Shown: piece by piece, positions 1 to 11,899 of the stretch
Layout: each line of letters starts with the position of its first letter
Position numbering within the stretch: the stretch's first letter is position 1
Assembly (NCBI GenBank): GCA_011109175.1
Contig: RDEW01000019.1
Location: 308,028-372,027 of the forward strand
Length of the DNA: 64,000 bases
From: Dicyema japonicum
Lineage: Eukaryota > Animalia > Dicyemida
Direction of reading: 5' to 3'
Notes under the pieces: generated by a model
Database searches by the model: none
What the model saw: the letters and a program-made list of their open reading frames with translations, nothing else
What the model was told of the DNA's origin: nothing
Position numbers and translations under genes: made by a program

Positions 1-390
1 AGGGTTACTCTTGTGCTTATAATGGTCCTTCTGAGCAAGGTACTGAATGCGAAATACCCACGGTGATTATTGACGCCTACGACCAAAGATCCTTTAGCTA
101 TGGAAAAAAACCAACTGCTGTTTATAGACGACCTAAAAATATTATCTCGAAAAGAGACATAAATATGATTATGATAGAGGTTAATTCTTCGAAGTAGCTG
201 GATTCGAACGAAACATTGAAAAATCTGCTATTAATATGCTCGGTCTTGGATCCAAGCTAGTTTTCTTGAGGAATAGTAGATACCTTGGTGTGATAGAGGA
301 TGGAAAATACAATGTCTTGAAAAACAAAGTTAACATTTGACGTGGTTAAAGAGAATCGACAGTCTGGCAAATACAAGATTCAAGCCAACG
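1..390 (+). mobile_element. Degenerate R4/Dong-type (RLE-clade) non-LTR retrotransposon RT fragment
   Basis: Broken frames read LSKVLNAKYP, QLLFIDDLKILS (RT catalytic motif), FEVAGFERNIEKSAIN and RYLGVIED, with stops and frameshifts. Confidence 0.55.
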
Positions 391-399
391 TGGAACCTC

Positions 400-1010
400 C
401 TTATATTACTACATCGGGCCTTTGATACTGAGTCTTCCGAATTCGAGCTAATTGACCCAAAAAATGGAAAATTTTTGTATCGAATTCATTTTAAACCTGA
501 AAACGAAGACTCTCTGCCAAGAGACAAGCTTGGAAGAGGATTGGTATCCATTACCCACAAAAGTGAACGGATGCTTTCTACCCAGAGAGGTATTTCTAAA
601 AAAGCAGGAATTCTGTGGGTATTGGCATCAAACATATGTCGACAGTCTTAGGTTATCGAACAATTCACCGAGATCTGAAGGATTTTCTTATGCAAGACCG
701 CAATTTATTCTTTAACCATGTTGAAGAAAGTGCAGTCACTGTAATTCTGCAAGGGATGGTTTTCCACCAATTAACGACAGTGACTACCTGCGAAGACACA
801 ACAAGGTTGTTGAAACATAAATCTCCATTTGTGTCGCCAATATGGAATTAAGAAAACTATGAGACTCGATACACAATTTGCCAAGTCTATTGTCGCGAAC
901 GAGTTCGTAGAGACTCACGTGATCCCAGCACGTACTAGCAGGACCTCATCTTGTCCTAATGCTGCTCCCTCGACCCCCACATAAACACGTATCGGCCGAG
1001 TGACTGGAAC
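400..1010 (+). mobile_element. Degenerate Gypsy-like integrase remnant
   Basis: Frameshifted pieces YIGPL, GIKHMST..VIEQF/HRDLKDFLM (compare VERFHRTLK) and a GPY/F-like GPHLVL near 940. Confidence 0.4.
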
Positions 1011-1419
1011 TTCGCAGTCACGACGGTTCATTTGTATCAAGGCTTCAAGAGGCATTGGTGGCTGAAACTTTCCAGAAATCCAGCGTTCTTTTTTCGACTA
1101 GTCTCGATTCTTCAAAACCATTTGTCCAAGAGATGAGTGGTCCCCATATACCACATGCGTAAGAGATGCATGGTTCAATGAATTGTTCATATACAGTGCT
1201 CAAAACAGTATGTTTTTAATTTAATAAAAATCAATTATAAAATTTATTTACTACAAAAATTTTGAATTAAAATATTAAATAAATAAAATAGAAAACAGTA
1301 ATGAGTCCAAGTAAATGAAATATTAGGCCAATCAGCATAGATTTGTCATCAAAGTATTCCCATGGTTTTTTTATATTTTGTTTATTCCTGGTCATTTGAT
1401 TTACGATTTAGTGACCAAT

Positions 1420-2065
1420 TTAAAATGCAATTTACCGTCATTAATGATGTCATTCAATTATTATTTTTTAATTTATTAAAGGTTAACAATAAGTCCCTCC
1501 AATCACAAACACTCAAAAATTGTGCGAATCCAATGATTCAGAGAAAACAACATGGAACTAATTTCGTTGCTTAAAAACTTTTCATTGAAATTCCTACATA
1601 ACTTTGAAAATGATGTCATCTGTAACAACCTCTATGATATCCCTTCTGGTTATCAATCCAGTCTTCCAACTCAAATGGAAGATTAGTTCTTTCTGAATTT
1701 GAATATCTCGTCATACTGAACAACCGCTATCAAAATACAAAATGTAGGACACGGCGTGAGGATCCCAATACCTCCCTTCATCTATCACAAGAATCAATTA
1801 AATGGGAGTCGACATTAAAGACAAACTAATTCAGATATTAAAAAAACAATTTTCCTTCAAATTGATGTATCACTATTCTGTGAAAATTGAATTCAACGAT
1901 TAAAGAACAGCTTCCACATTTTGAACTCGATCTCTCAGATAATGTTTTCCAACTTATTTTTGAGGTGATATTAGACTTTAAATCAAATTAAGCTTGATAT
2001 TGAAACTCAAGCTAAAAGTCACAAATTCCAAAGATCACATTATTCATTAACCCCAGGTTTACAAT
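1420..2065 (+). other. Possible degenerate host gene fragment with tiny introns
   Basis: Exon-like stretches (IKEQLPHFELDLSDNVFQLIFE, LDIETQAKSHK) separated by a GT..AG segment of about 28 nt; no recognisable domain. Confidence 0.2.
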
Positions 2066-2067
2066 CT

Positions 2068-2190
2068 TTGGTAAGCCCAGTACAAAGACATAAGTTATTA
2101 ATCCGAATAGGAACCCTAGGGAAAATGTTCGCTTGTGCCAACCAAATCCATCCCCCATAGTCCATTGCAGACGTTATGTTCAGCCATGAA
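2068..2190 (-). mobile_element. Partial copy of tRNA-derived SINE family B (3' part)
   Basis: TTGGTAAGCCCAG..GGAACCC.AGGG..TTGCTTGTGCC.ACCAAAT matches 17318-17405 and the reverse complement of 9570-9660. Confidence 0.55.
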
Positions 2191-2889
2191 GGATAGAGAA
2201 GATCACATTATATTTGATGATCATTGCATATTTAATGGGTTATAGAAACTTTCGATTGGGTACGGAATTTCAAAATTGTTCGAGGAGATTTGAAAACTGG
2301 CAACTGTAGTCAGGTTCACCATCTCTGCCTTCTCGCCGCTCAGGCTAGAACCAAATTCTAGGACAGATATTGGATCAACGTCTGTAAGCATGCATACCCT
2401 TCTCGTCTACAGTAAGAACAATGTGTGGCTCAAGGCTCTTTTTTGTGGATCTCCTGAACGAATGACTCAACATGAGTAGGAGACGTGGGGTGATACACGA
2501 AGTAGCCACGGAAAGTTTTTAATTTTCTGGATATCATGTACAAATAAAACCCTTGGACTTGACAGCACACATAAAAGGCCGTACGACGTTTTTCAACGGA
2601 AGGGTGGGAAAATCACCGATGTCAATGACTTTTTCTTTAGCAACCTCACACTGACAACTAATCACTCAGGATTACTCTAAGTGGATGAAACTCTTTACAA
2701 AAATGTGTCGAGACAATTCGTCTTTCAAGCTGTAGCAGCCGAACCCATGAGGTTCATAAATCATTACGTCAATGGATCGTTACAAGCAACTGGTGGATGG
2801 AAGCCGAAAAGATAAATGGCTGATTTCCATACAATTTTCCCAACAAAGATCTTTATTAAAATAAAATAGAGAAACTGTGAGACGAGGGT

Positions 2890-3215
2890 CATACGACTGC
2901 GTGGTTATTCCTCCTCAGGATGGCGAGCGGCTCAAATAGCCAGCAGCGCTCACGGAGATCTCCTGTTCTTGTAGAAATCCGATTCCCATACAACTTGTAA
3001 GAATCGGACAATCACAGAGTTACTTGATAAAATTATTCCAAAGACAAACGGTAAAACAAAACTAATTCCTTGATCCTCCCGGTGGAATGAATAGATGGAT
3101 CCTTATGAATGCCGGCAAGGCATAAGTAAGATGGATCCAATGACGACACCAGAAGGAAAGAAAAGACTTCTTCACTCAGGTGGCCACATGGCACCACGCG
3201 TCATTAAGTTAATAA
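2890..3215 (-). mobile_element. 5' end of an RTE-like LINE (5' UTR plus endonuclease fragment), internally deleted
   Basis: 2890-3000 is homologous to 22740-22860, and 3065-3215 is homologous to 23150-23345 and the reverse complement of 25135-25330. Confidence 0.5.
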
Positions 3216-3476
3216 CTACCTCTGTTGATCTTATTTCTTTTGTAAGAGAACTTCAACTAAATATATTTTTAAATATTAAAAATAAAATAATTAAATATAA
3301 AAATAACAAAATCAAAGTGTTTATTATTATAAAATTATTATTTTTTCGATTTAAAGTAATCACAGAACGTTATAGAATAATCAGAAATATATAGTCCACT
3401 CTTATCATTCAGTTTATTGTGATACTTCCCACTGGCCCAATCGTATCCACTCAGTTGCCTCTAATAACAACTATTA

Positions 3477-5955
3477 TTACACATAGTAGTTCGTCATCCT
3501 TGGGATTTCCACAAAATTCCTCTTCTCTGTCCTTCTTTGGCTTTCTGGTATCTTTTGTTTGAGCTCAACCTCATAATTTTGCTTCACATCAGATGGGATC
3601 TCAGGCTGTCGTCTGTCCTCCAGTTTGGAGCAAATATCTCGACATAGTGATTCGATATTATTCAATCTGGTCATCAAAGAAGCCAAACCTCCGAGAATAC
3701 TCAGAGTCTTTATCTTGTACCCTCTCAACCAATTTATCGACCAGGGAGACAGTTTTACTGTTATTCCTGTTCACATCATCACGAAGCTTAAACTAAAATT
3801 TTAAAATACATTTTCAAAATTTGCATCAAAATTCATAGTTTTTTTGAAAGCATTCTTGTCGAATTTTTCGTTCAAAAAACCCATCATTCTAAACATAAAT
3901 AGGCGACTAAACCGTGTCTCGTGGTCGTCAAAACTCACGGAGAGGATCTGTTCGAGTTCTTTTTTGTTGAATGCCTGAATTTCGTTCAAACGACTTCCAT
4001 CCGCCAACTGAGACTTTATTGTGTCCTGAAATGCGAATAAAGCCTACCATAAACTCCTCTATTGTATTTTTTAGTTTTTTGATTTCTGTGTTCTCCAGAT
4101 TGAGTTGATCCTGCAATCACAGAATGCTTATACCAAACTTTCTCTTCTATTTTCGTTTTCACTAAAATAAAGTCTCCTACTCACCCCTTTTCCAGAGATT
4201 CCAGTCTACACGTGATTTGCTGAATCGGAAGTTTGAATTCGTTAAACTCAGAAATCAGTTTTGAAATGGAATTTCTTAAAATAAACAAAAAACAACTTCA
4301 AATCAGAAATGTCTTCATTGGCTGACTTTGTCTTCTCTTTAAAAGAGTCTAATCTCTCTGAAAGTTTGTTGTTCAACCTAAATTTCCCAGGAATGCTACA
4401 TTCTGATGTTTTCGGTCTCAGTTTCCATTTTTGTGAATCGAACGTCGTCATTGTGCAGAATCTGTTTCGTCTTGTCTGTCAACAGTCTGTACTTATCAAT
4501 GATATCCTGGGAGTGCATGAGCCCTACAAGTCTCATTGACTGAGTACAGTCATTCTTAACGGTGACCTTTGATTTTTCCGTCAATTCAGAACTTCTTATG
4601 TCAAAACCCACCAGAACCTTACTTGAGACTCTGGGTTATATGCAGTGGATGGTTGTGAAAAGCTTTCCGCCGCTTTTTTCTTCATATTTTTGTATTTATC
4701 AAAAATTGAAGCCGAAAAGTCCCTCATTTCCTCGAAGCTATATTTGCTGCAAACCATCAAATGCGGTCATACCTACTAATATCTACATTTTCTGTGGCAT
4801 CAGTCGGTGGTTTCTATTGTAATTTGAAAATAGAACCTGTTCCACGTGGGTTTCATTCAGACATGAAGGTGGGGTTATATCAGACCCATTATCCAATATT
4901 CTAATATCTAGGGATGGTTCCTGTGCTAAATATTGTTACTTACAGATTCAGTGCTCGTTGTTTCTGTCGACGTTGTTTCTATGGAATTATCACTTTAATC
5001 ACTTATTGGACTAATCGATGATTTGGCAGACTGCTGGTTAATTGAGTGATTTGTCTCCCGGTTACTCAAATCACCTCCATTCTTGCAATAAAAATTACTT
5101 TTATTTTCCAGTTGATTTAAATAATTCAAAATTTTGTCGTTTTTTGAGCTGACTGAGTACGTAAATACACTATTCCCTAGCAGGTAATTGAGGACAAACA
5201 CCTGAGTAGTCAATAATGTTCTGGTCGGCTCCATTGGCAATAAGTAAGAGGGCGATATCAGTGAACACGTGTTTGGTGGCTATAATTAAAGCAGTTCTAC
5301 TTTAAAACAAATATTACTCTCCTAAATTGTTGACTGAATTCAAGTTGCAGTCACATTTTATCAAAAGCTTGCACATTTCATATCGTTTTAGTCCAGCAGC
5401 AAAGTGGAGGGGAGTATTACCTTCCTACGTGTAAATTGGGGGATTAACGTTGTTTTTTATGAATAAACCGTTTATTCTGCTCTCCAGCTTTCGTGAGATC
5501 CCAAAATTCCCATGGTAGGCCAAATAATGGAGGATGTTGTTCCCATAAATGTCCCTCACACCCAGAACTGCTCCATGATCAATCAGAATAATCATGCATC
5601 TGCTCTGATTCTCAAATGCTGCCTAAAATGAAGAGATTGAAGACTATTAGGAGAGGAGTCCTGCATTGATTGTCGATTATGTCGTGCCTTGCGGAATATT
5701 TCTTGAGGATTTTATCGACAATTTCAGAGTTGCCCATCGCACAAGCCAAATGAAGGGGAGTCCTGTTAATTAAATGAACTATTACCTTGAATTCTTATCT
5801 ATTATATTCGGGTCTTGAATGAGAAGCTGATCAAACTTTTTGAAGTCTCCTGTTAGAGCTATTTGGTGGAGCTTTTTGCGTGACTTTTTGTAGTCAACTT
5901 TGCTAAAAGGGCCTGATGTTTTTGGCTGTTTTGCTATTCGAAAGAACTTCTTCAT
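3477..5955 (-). CDS. ANKRD26-like protein: N-terminal ankyrin repeats plus C-terminal coiled coil, many tiny introns
   Basis: The ATG at 5955 gives MKKFFRIAK..KKLHQIALTGD, then TPLHLACAMGNSEIV, RTPLLI/AAFENQSRCMIILIDHGA, GNNILHYLA, GNTPLHFAAG and RTALIIATKH..NGADQN once 22-26 nt GT-AG introns are removed. Coiled-coil exons run 4600-3480. The 3' end is uncertain because one frame shift is unresolved near 3700. Confidence 0.72.
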
Positions 5956-6404
5956 GATTTAATATTTCTATAGTTAAATTATTTATTGTTTTTAATTTAA
6001 ATTTATATTTTTATAAATATTTTTATATTAAAAATCTTTATTATTAACACAAAAAATTGAGTTATTGGAACTCAACCGTGACTTATGGCTATTTCCTGAA
6101 TATGAGGGAAACACTTTCAAATAGTAGTCCTCAGAGGTCCCCTATTGGTTTAGAAGGCAACTAATTATTGTCAGTAGTTTAATATTGTACAGGAATTTGA
6201 AATATTACATAAAATGAAATTTTCCCTATTTTGGTGGAATTATAGATCAATGACCTTGTAATGAACGCAGCCGTGGGGCGAATCTTTTAATATTTAAGAA
6301 TTTTTTTTCTGTCATATAAAATATAATATATAAACGTAAGAAATTAGAATTAATTTTTTTGGAGAAAAAAAACATAAATATCTTTGATTCATAAAACCCG
6401 TACT

Positions 6405-6815
6405 TTTATATAACGCTGGAACTTGGACGACCTCATCAGCGGATATGGAAAGACTAGACTCGTTCCACAGAGGTCAGCTGAGAAAAATAACAGCAACTAC
6501 TTGGCCTACGAGAATATCGAAAAATGCTTTATATAAGAGATGAAGCACTAGACCTATCAGCTTAGAAGTACTGGAATCCCGATGGAAGCTCTTCGGACAC
6601 GTGCTGAGGATGAAATTAACATCCCCACCGACCATATCTATGGAAACATACTATGTTAGCCAAGAAGGCCCCTATCGTGGAAGACCTAGAACAACACTGC
6701 CAATAGTTTTACAAAAAGACCTGGTCAATATTAAAAGAAATCTAAAAATGCCGACGACCTGGACAACATGAGAGCTTTGGCTAGGGACAGGGGAGCATGG
6801 AAAAGGATGACATTT
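6405..6815 (+). mobile_element. RTE-like LINE C-terminal remnant
   Basis: YNAGTWT..ERLDSFHRGQLRKI..RWKLFGHVLRM..YRGRPRTTLP..ARDRGAWK. Confidence 0.75.
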
Positions 6816-7123
6816 AACCTTGTTTCTTTTGCTCCACCTGCGGGACTATAATTAGTATCGATTTCTTCAAGCACATGAAATCTCCGTCAGCGTTGGGTTT
6901 CGTCGAGTCGCTTATACGGAGCAATCTTGATTCCTGTCTCCTCGACTTTTCCAGAACGAGATGACACCCTCCTTTTAGATAGTGAGGTACGACTCCTTGA
7001 GTCCACAGAAGAATGATCGACAAGAAAGTCTTAAAAACCATTATTTATTGAAAAATAGTAATCAATTCTATTTCCAGATCCATAGTTTTTCTTCAAATTA
7101 CGGAATAAATTTTGTCTGAAGCA

Positions 7124-7700
7124 GTAAAAATTCTTTAACGAACTGGAGCAATATCTGAAACTGATTCTTTCAATTCATTAATGTTTTTACTACTTCTTTG
7201 GTCGTCGTCTTTTTATTTTGCATACCAATATGAAAAATTTCTTTATTATCGCTGCTTTCCGGACTTTCCAAAACTTCGTCTACAATTTGTTCGATAACAT
7301 CATCCGTCAGATTATCAGACACAACAGGGATTTCATCGCCGAAGGTATTATCCCAGCAATTTTCATACCTTAAGATGTAAGAAAAAGCAAAATTACCATT
7401 TTTAATAAGAGGGCCTGAAACTGGAATATTTTGGAGTCGTAATTGTTGAAAAGTGTCGAGAACTTTACTATCCAAAGTTTTAAAAATATCGTCAGTTTTT
7501 GTTTGAGTTCGAAAATTTGAAATAATGTTCTCATGGGTTATGTACGGCATCATCGTTTTTTTATTCGAGCTATTGTGCCAATGCTCGTTTCATATTTCCG
7601 AGCAAGTACTCTCTGTGTGAATGATTTTTCACTAGTCGAGCAATTTCAACTTTTTTCTCGTAACTAAGACTCATAATGATTTAGTGTGGAGTTTTTTATT
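7124..7700 (-). mobile_element. Tigger/pogo transposase remnant (CENP-B HTH) with a 28-nt intron at 7369-7396
   Basis: QQLRLQNIPVSGPLIKNG|MKIAG after splicing; internally deleted. Confidence 0.6.
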
Positions 7701-7724
7701 TAAAAATAATTAATTGTAGTGTCA

Positions 7725-7960
7725 AATATCTAGGGTGTCCGAAAAATTGAGTTATACGTTCGTCATCACTCCTGAAGAACGATTCATAGTGATCAGCAAT
7801 ATTCTCTGCAACTTCTTTTTTGTCTAGTATTCGTTTTCCATTCTTGTCATTCATCTCCGCCACCGTAATTGGCTTTTTTTCTGTGGCTCCCCTAAAAAGT
7901 TATGTAACTCTCTTTGGGCATGACTGGTCTAAGGAATCGGACTTTTTCACAGACATGAAA
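7725..7960 (-). mobile_element. RTE-like LINE internal fragment
   Basis: Close nucleotide match on the opposite strand to 27450-27560 (ACAAGAATGGAA.ACGAATACTAGACAAAAAAGAAGTTGCAGAG). Confidence 0.7.
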
Positions 7961-8049
7961 TCTTTACCCATTTTCCAAATATATGTGATAAATTCAAAAA
8001 ACAACTTGTTAATAAAAATCATTACTACAAAATATATTAAACGAGTTTA

Positions 8050-8345
8050 ATCACAGATTTGGCGATTTCAAGAATATTGTTCTTTTATGCACTTTCTAGC
8101 TTCTCCGTTCATGAAGAGTGAAATGTTTCAGAAAAATTTAGAAAGATTTTTGACGTTAATACAAGAAAGATTCAAATAGAAATTATAAACATAAAAATGA
8201 CATCATCTTAAAAGTACATTCAAATGTCACCCTGGAAATTTATGTGTCCATAAAAATATCCCATTTGATTGATGCGTATCAACGAATTCTATTATCCGAA
8301 ACATCATTTTCGAGCATGAAAAAGATAAAATCTCAATACAGGACC
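8050..8345 (+). mobile_element. Possible hAT transposase C-terminal (dimerisation) remnant
   Basis: FLTLIQERF and ILLSETSFSSMKKIKSQYR resemble the hAT C-terminus. Confidence 0.35.
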
Positions 8346-8574
8346 CTTTTAAAACTGATCAGGAACTTGGACTTGTTTGAAGAAAATCCTTGGAGAATTT
8401 AAGAATTAGTCTCTGTGAGTTACTCAGGAAAAGACTGAACAAATAGGAATCACAAGGGAATCAAAATATATTGATGGAAGTTGGAGGGAAAAAAGGAATT
8501 TGAGATCCTTACTTGGTGATAGTGAGGATATGATGTATAGGAGAGTTCTAGCCACTGCCATGTATAAAAAATGA

Positions 8575-9100
8575 AGAAGTTATGGAGTCGACGAAAACTA
8601 ATAAAAACAAATCTAAGAATAAGACTATAAAACGCATATATAAAACCGGTGCTTATGTACAACTCGGGTACATGGGGGATCACAGAGCTAGAGCTCAAGA
8701 AAATGGATATATTTCATCGAAAAAAATTACGCTATTTACTGGGCCTAGGTTGGCCCAAGAAGATTTCAAAAAGAAATTATACTCTGTGGCACAATCGAGG
8801 CCAATAAGCATCGACATTATTGAATCAAGATGGAGACTGTTTAGGCACGTGCTTAGAATGGACATAAACGCCCCTGCAAATAATGGATAATTACTTTAAC
8901 AATGAGAACAAACCATCGTTCAGAGGAAGACCCAGAATCACTCTCCCTGTGGCTCTGAACAAGAATCTTAATGGAATTGGAAGAAAATTTAAATCTGTAA
9001 AAGACCTAAAAGATCTACGGACAGATGCGCAAAACAGAGGCCGACGGAGACGCCTAGTAAAACAAATTTTGAAACGTGTAGCACAAACGGGACCTTAGTT
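8575..9100 (+). mobile_element. RTE-like LINE C-terminal remnant
   Basis: IKPVLMYNSGTWG, ESRWRLFRHVLRMDINAPAN and FRGRPRITLPVALNK, with frameshifts. Confidence 0.75.
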
Positions 9101-9244
9101 AATATAACGTTCTTTGGTTAGAATTTAATATTAAAAAAATTGTTATTAAAATACAAAAAATGTATACAAGTTGATCTCCAGAAAATCGCTATATAAAAAG
9201 TAGCTCGCGAGCGAAAAAGGTAGGCCATGTTTGTCGTACATCGT

Positions 9245-9660
9245 CCTTCTGGTTGAACCTGTAACGTCTGATGACATCGGATCTGAAGTTCGTGGGTTCA
9301 AATCCGACAGACGGAGTTTTCAGCGAAGGTCAACTTTTGTCAAACAGATCCCACCCGTGAAAAGACAAGTCCTTCTGGGACGACACAGTAGTTAAAAGAG
9401 ATCTTCCTACATTTCTCCCTGACCAAATCCTCTGATGAAGATTGCAATGAAAACTATTCCGCTAAAGAATGAAGTGATGTCCGCGACGGTAGGACGTGCG
9501 ACGAAATGGAGGAGGGCGGACCTACTTCTCCTCCTCTCTTTGGAAGCGGCCTGTAATAAAGTATTGGAAGATGGATTTGGTTGGCACAAGCAGATGTTCT
9601 CCCTTTGGTTCCTTCCTTGGATTAATAGTTATGACTGTTTGTGCTGCGCTTACAATGGTG
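9245..9660 (+). mobile_element. tRNA-derived SINE family B
   Basis: B-box GGTTCAAATCC in a tRNA-like head; homologous over about 410 bp to the inverted copy at 17318-17745. Confidence 0.7.
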
Positions 9661-9749
9661 GTCACTTCTTGAGTCGTAAGTGACAGACAAGGTCGATACT
9701 GCCGCCAAGTCGGGAGAATAAAGTGTGATGTCTGGAGAAGTTAGTTGGT

Positions 9750-10330
9750 CTGACTCCCTAAAGGAGGTTCTCGTTGTTTTAATGGGTCATTTATAACCGT
9801 AAAAGGACCTGTCTGCGATAGTAGTAATTATCCTCTTGGATCGGATGGTTGACTTGCCAGCCATAGACGGTATTTCGCGTTGATGTTTTCACCAATGATG
9901 ACATTGTTCAAGGAAACCAAAGTTGATAAATTGGGCATAGCGTAGTACTTCGGGCAAGATCAAAGTGGAGGCACGTAGATGTTTCACAGGTGTAATTTTT
10001 CAATTTGTTGTTCCAAGTAACCTTGTGTTGACTTTAGTTACATAGTCGTCTCCTAGGATATTTTTCACGACTGAATTAATGTCAACACATTTAAGGTCAT
10101 TTCGATTTAAAATGAATAGGCAACCACCCGCTTCTTCCGGTTAGCACGTATTGACTTGTATCAAGAAAACAGTGGAGTAGGACTGTTTAATAGGAGTTTC
10201 GTCTCTTGAACCAGAGACACATAGATCTCCAGCTCCACCAGGAGAGAGAGTAGTTTCAATATTTTGCGCCTTACTCCATTGACGTTTAGTTGTAGAACCG
10301 GGGTCCATTTCTTGTAGTGGGCTATGGTTT
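9750..10330 (-). mobile_element. I/Jockey-group LINE apurinic endonuclease domain remnant
   Basis: VLQLNVNGVRRK..VSLVQETKL..GGCLFILNRND and NIYVPP. Confidence 0.65.
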
Positions 10331-10637
10331 ACTTCCAGGTAGTTAAAGCTGAAAGTGTGTGCCGCCTGCGAGACAGTATTCTCTGGGGTAAATGTTTAAT
10401 GGTTCTCTTTGGAGAAACATTAGGTGCCCTCCGGGAGTTACTACATTACGCCACGCTAAAATTAAAAACAAAAAAACCTTTAAATATATTATTTTTTTTA
10501 AATTAAGTAAGAAAACTAATTAAAATAAATTTTACTTTTAATATTTTAATAATTTTAAATAAAATAAACTTCAAATAATAAATTTTGAAAAACACGTGAT
10601 TCTTGTTTGGTGTTGTATACTTTGTAAAGAAATTTAA

Positions 10638-11402
10638 ATGGAAGTCGAAGAAAGAATATTTTCAGATGAGTCTTCTTCAGATTCTGACAGAGAGCTACCA
10701 CACTTATTATCAAAGGGACAAATCAAACCTGGGCTCTACAAAAGCAGGGAGGAGAAACGACACGTGCAGGATAATGAAGGTTTAAGTAGGGTACTGTCTC
10801 AATTCTCCCAATCCAAGTTAATGTGGATAGAAAGACTCGACATCCTGGTGAAAGGCCAACAATTTATTGAATTCCTCGAAAATGAACAGAAAAGTGGAAA
10901 AACTTCAGTCAATGGAGATTTCACCGACAAGCAGTCTCGTGATAAGCTGGCCTTTATGATGACTCAGAAGGCTGTCTCTGAGGGACTCGACCGACTCCAC
11001 AAACTTGGGGTTCCCACCACCAGACCCGACGATTACTTTGCAGAAATGGCCAAATCTGATGTCCATATGAAAAAAATCCGTGAGCGACTTGTGAGAATAG
11101 ACAATGCGGCGGAGAAGGCCAAAAATTCCCGAAGACTGCGTGACCTGAAGAAACAGTCTAAGGAACTAAACTTACAGGCCAAGAAGCAGAAGCAGGTTGA
11201 TAAGAAGAAGTTCAACGAGAAAGTGCAAGATTATAAGAAGGGAAAGCTCAAATCGTTGGATTTTTTGGAGGAAGGAAGTGAGGATAAGAGAAAACAGCGC
11301 AGAAAAATGAAGAAAGATAATAAAAAGGACAAGTTTGGATTTAAAGGAAAAAATAAATTTACTAAACAAAACACAAAAAAGTCATCAAATAATTTTAAAT
11401 AA
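10638..11402 (+). CDS. EBNA1BP2: rRNA-processing protein EBP2 (EBNA1BP2), 254 aa, intronless
   Basis: Intact ORF with Ebp2 motifs WIERLD, LGVPTTRPDDYFAEMAKSDVHMKKIR and a basic KKDKFGFKG C-terminus; flanked by A/T islands. Confidence 0.93.
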   Translation: MEVEERIFSDESSSDSDRELPHLLSKGQIKPGLYKSREEKRHVQDNEGLSRVLSQFSQSKLMWIERLDILVKGQQFIEFLENEQKSGKTSVNGDFTDKQSRDKLAFMMTQKAVSEGLDRLHKLGVPTTRPDDYFAEMAKSDVHMKKIRERLVRIDNAAEKAKNSRRLRDLKKQSKELNLQAKKQKQVDKKKFNEKVQDYKKGKLKSLDFLEEGSEDKRKQRRKMKKDNKKDKFGFKGKNKFTKQNTKKSSNNFK

Positions 11403-11899
11403 ATGTTTATTTTTTGTATTTTTATTTGAATTTTTTATTAGTTTATTTGAATTATTAGTCGTTGTTAAATATATTTTTAATAACCGTAGGAATTTTCCGG
11501 CACTTTGTTCGCGTCCAACCGTCATAACTAAGTTTTCAACCTATTTTAACTATTCATGGACAAACACCCCCCGTTACGAAACATTCCAAAATACGTGGAG
11601 TCATTTTCGAACAACTATTTACTTTTTCGAAACATGTGGATGAACAATGACAATTACTGGATGTCTCAGATCAATCCATATTGATCATCTACACTGGGAA
11701 TCAATTGGAGACAATTTGGAAATTTTCCTTTATAGGGGTTTTTCGAAAATAAGCCCACAGGGCTCCCTGTCACTCTCTATGCAAACCCCAAAAGAAAAAT
11801 TATAAATCCAGTGACCTACCTCGAATGCTATCATCAATCCCTTATGGATTACTACAGAATAATCCTTCCTTCTCCCATCAGACTGCAATTTCTATGGAC

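Noticed and set aside
655-690. IHRDLK kinase catalytic-loop look-alike in ORF 615..851
   Set aside because: No other kinase motifs. It is better explained as a frameshifted integrase ERFHRTLK-type segment.
6330-6370. GTAAG followed by AATTTTTTGG, resembling a spliced-leader RNA donor and Sm site
   Set aside because: Spacing is too short, there are no stem-loops, and the context is very AT-rich, so a chance match is expected.
9265-9460. Two CTGATGA hammerhead-like cores in SINE family B
   Set aside because: No properly placed stem II plus GAAA, and the motifs are not conserved between the two copies.
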